NCBI GenBank assembly: GCA_009602725.1
Contig: WELB01000010.1
Span: forward strand, 86,381-150,380
Length of the DNA: 64,000 bases
Direction: 5' to 3'
From: Spirogloea muscicola
Lineage: Eukaryota
Under the pieces are notes generated by a model that saw only the letters and a program-made list of their open reading frames with translations, searched no databases and was not told the DNA's origin. Position 1 is the first letter of the stretch; each line of letters begins with the position of its first letter. A program made the position numbers and the translations under genes. This document shows, piece by piece, positions 61,443 to 64,000 of the stretch.

Positions 61443-62904
61443 ATGGTGCCGCGCACGTCCTCTGAAGATGATGCCGTTGGTGGTGCCGGGAATGGGGCGC
61501 CTGAGGAGCAGCCCGCCACCGGCAGGGGCCCCAATGAGGCGCAGACGCTGCTGCTGGAGGTGCATGGCTTCCTTTGCGACGGGACGCAGCAGCCACGGGC
61601 ACTGCTGCAGCCATGCCGTCTAGCGGAACTCCACCGCTTAGCTGCACCCTGACCCATTTCACCTTCAGGGCGCGCGGTATGGCGACGAGCCCGACGTGGC
61701 GGCGGCGCTGGCGGCAGGCGCACACGCTGATGCCGCCGACAGCCTCGGCAGGACAGGTGGCGAGTTGGGCAACCCTCTGCCTCTAAGCAGCTGCTAGTCG
61801 GCAGCAGCTGCGATGAGTACCCTGACAGCGCCACTTCTGGTGCTGCCCTGACGCGCCTGCAGCGCTGCACATGGCCGCCGCCAATGGCAATACCACCATC
61901 GTGCGGCTTCTCTTGGGTAGCGGCCAAGCGGTAGGTGAAAGCCACATCTGCATTCCGCTTTGGTCGGCTGAGCTTCGCTTCAGTGCTCAGCAGGCCAGGC
62001 GGGAGCACGCTCGTCAACATCCACAACTGTCCTAACGTCTGTCGCTAATCAAGATCTGTTCTTTGATGCCCGACTCTGCCACCGCAGGACGTCGGTGCAT
62101 GCAATCTAGAAGGCTCCACAGCCCTTCATTGGGCCGCCCTCAACGGCCACCAGCAGGTGCATCTGCAGTCTACACCTGTCGCTGGCCTGCACAGGACATG
62201 CATGTTCACCTTATGCTGCAACTGAAGGGCCACAGCAGCTAGTGCTGTGTCTGCTGACTTGGAACTTGGTCGTCAACTTGGCAACACACCACAAAGCCAC
62301 CTAAGTGAGTCTCCGGGAATGTCGGTGCAATCTAACAGACTGAGCCACTGCAGGTGGTGGAGCTGCTGATTGAGCAAGGTGCGGACCCGGCCGCTCTCAA
62401 TCGGTAAGCGCCTTGGTCCACTTTTCCCAGGTCAGAGAAGGGGGTTGGTGACTGGTCAAAACATGCATGCAGCATCCTCGCAGCCCCAGGTTGCCCAGGT
62501 CTCTTGCTTGAAGTAGATTTTCAAGTAGATGGGCTTTGTTGTGCCGCTTGCATGCTGTCTCGGTGACTTGCCACCTCAAGAGGGTCAGTCAAGTGATGAA
62601 AAGGAGCAGGACAATCAAGAATTCGGCACTGCCGCTGCTAGCTTGATAGCTCCTGTCAGCGAGGGGCTGTCTCTACTTGTCATTAAGAGCCTGGAAGGCC
62701 ATGGTCCCCAATGTGCCAAAAATAGAGTTTGTCATCTGCCTGATGTGCTGCAAGTGGATTCTATGCCACAGGCACGAGAGGACACCCGTGGATGAGGCCC
62801 TCAGCCAGGGCCACGCCGCGCTTGTGCAGGCCATCGACCTTGCTCTTGCGGCCCGCAGCACCAGCAGCCTACAAGTTGAGAGCCATGCTGACCTAATGCC
62901 TTGA
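61443..62904 (+). CDS. Small ankyrin-repeat protein (YAR1-like)
   Basis: Exons read LLLE-GARYGD..DV, GRT-ALHMAAANGNTTIVRLLL, NLEGSTALHWAALNGH, VVELLIEQGADPAALNR and HERTPVDEAL. Confidence 0.85.
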
Positions 62905-63824
62905 TCTTCACAGCCTGAATACAGAGCACTTCCTACAGACCTAGAAGCACGTGCAGGTCAAGCAAGTAGGCCGTAATCTTAGTCCAGTTCAACTTGGTGG
63001 AGACATTCTATACTGCAAGTTTCCAGGGCCGCACTGTAAACTGCGAGCCCTGCGTGTGGATGCGGTTGCAGCATTAGATGCAACATACAGGCAGACTTAG
63101 ACTCTTCTCGCATCTTCTATGTCAAAGGCTGCACATTGCGCATAATGAATGCAAACTCTTACTGTGTATGTCCTCAGACAAAGCCAGCTGTAACTGCACT
63201 TCAAGCACCCATGCGTGATTTGTCACTTCTACAGCGATTGTACTTGCTTGTGACAGCAACAATATGTGCATAATGGTGTGACAATCACATCTAACGAGTG
63301 CACAGTAGCTCTCGTGGAAGCTGTGAACAAGTTTAAGCATTCTCTGATCGTAGTTGCCGGTCGAGCACAGGGCTGTATTACAAGCACTGCTGCAAGGGCA
63401 CCTTTAGCCAAGATAGGCTCTCACAAAGTACAGTTCCGAAATGCACACATTGCAGCACTACAATGCCTGTGCTTGAGTCGCTGCAATTTAGCAGTGCCTC
63501 AGCCTTGCTGTAGTCTGTCCTCGGCATGCAAACAAGAGGTGAGCAGTGGAGTGGATTTCGCCTGCCAGGCCAGATTTATGCAGATGATATGTCACACTAC
63601 AGCCAACCCAAATGCCATGATCGTCAATCATGGTTTTTCTGCAGCTTTCTTGACTCTGACAATGACAAGATGCGAGCATGTTCAAGGCGCAAAACCTCCT
63701 TACAAAGTTCATGAGCGAGACCCTACGGCTGAAAGATTCTACATGTTCCCCTGAAAAGCTTAATTTGTAGCAAGGCTGCAGCAGCTCCACCACTTCAGCT
63801 TCTACATTTTGACAGTGAAGTCTA

Positions 63825-63960
63825 CGACAAGCGCTCAACTTGTATAGACAACGCTGTCATTCTTCTTGCATGAGAAAGTTTGAATTGAGATCCGGTTTCG
63901 TGTATGGGTTTTCCCCAGCATGCGCAGCATGGCCTCAGCCGCTGCCATGCCTTTATGTAA
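63825..63960 (-). CDS. Possible terminal exon of a gene continuing beyond the window
   Basis: An AG acceptor is followed by LHKGMAAAEAMLRMLGKTHTRNRISIQTFSCKKNDSVVYTS*; no family recognised. Confidence 0.25.
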
Positions 63961-64000
63961 CTGCAATGCTCATTGAAGTGTGTTGCATGCCACTGAAAAG

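Noticed and set aside
60546..61652. 368-aa ORF
   Set aside because: It starts in antisense retroelement UTR sequence; only the part from ATG 61443 fits the ankyrin gene.
1..64000. tRNA, rRNA or snRNA genes
   Set aside because: None were recognised by eye; a tRNAscan-SE or Infernal run would be needed to exclude them.

Overview
GC-rich, intron-containing eukaryotic nuclear DNA with three long N-gaps. The gene set (GRAS factor, QALGGH/EAR C2H2 factor, plastid SirB, GT47 exostosin, plant-type NDUFA3) indicates a streptophyte. Compact GC-rich genes and an intron-bearing GRAS suggest a streptophyte alga such as a Zygnematophyte, which is inference only. About 16 spliced protein-coding genes can be reconstructed by eye, many in head-to-head pairs: DAZ1/ZAT-like zinc finger, uL18, SVIP-like, TM/coiled-coil protein, COQ3, PAP2 phosphatase, ALG5, GT47, mitoferrin, SirB, NDUFA3, DUF3598, DUF1295, GRAS, PTH and an ankyrin protein. 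The spacers upstream of genes are packed with nested, 5'-truncated 3' ends of a restriction-like-endonuclease (CRE-like) non-LTR retrotransposon group. This group shows at least five distinct 3' UTR types, a recurrent protein terminus (...LHLRAGRAL...L[T/S]RGY*) and pyrimidine tails rather than poly(A). There is also a Helitron PIF1 fragment interrupted by telomere-type repeats just before a plausible hairpin-CTAG terminus. All family assignments come from motif recognition; no searches were run.
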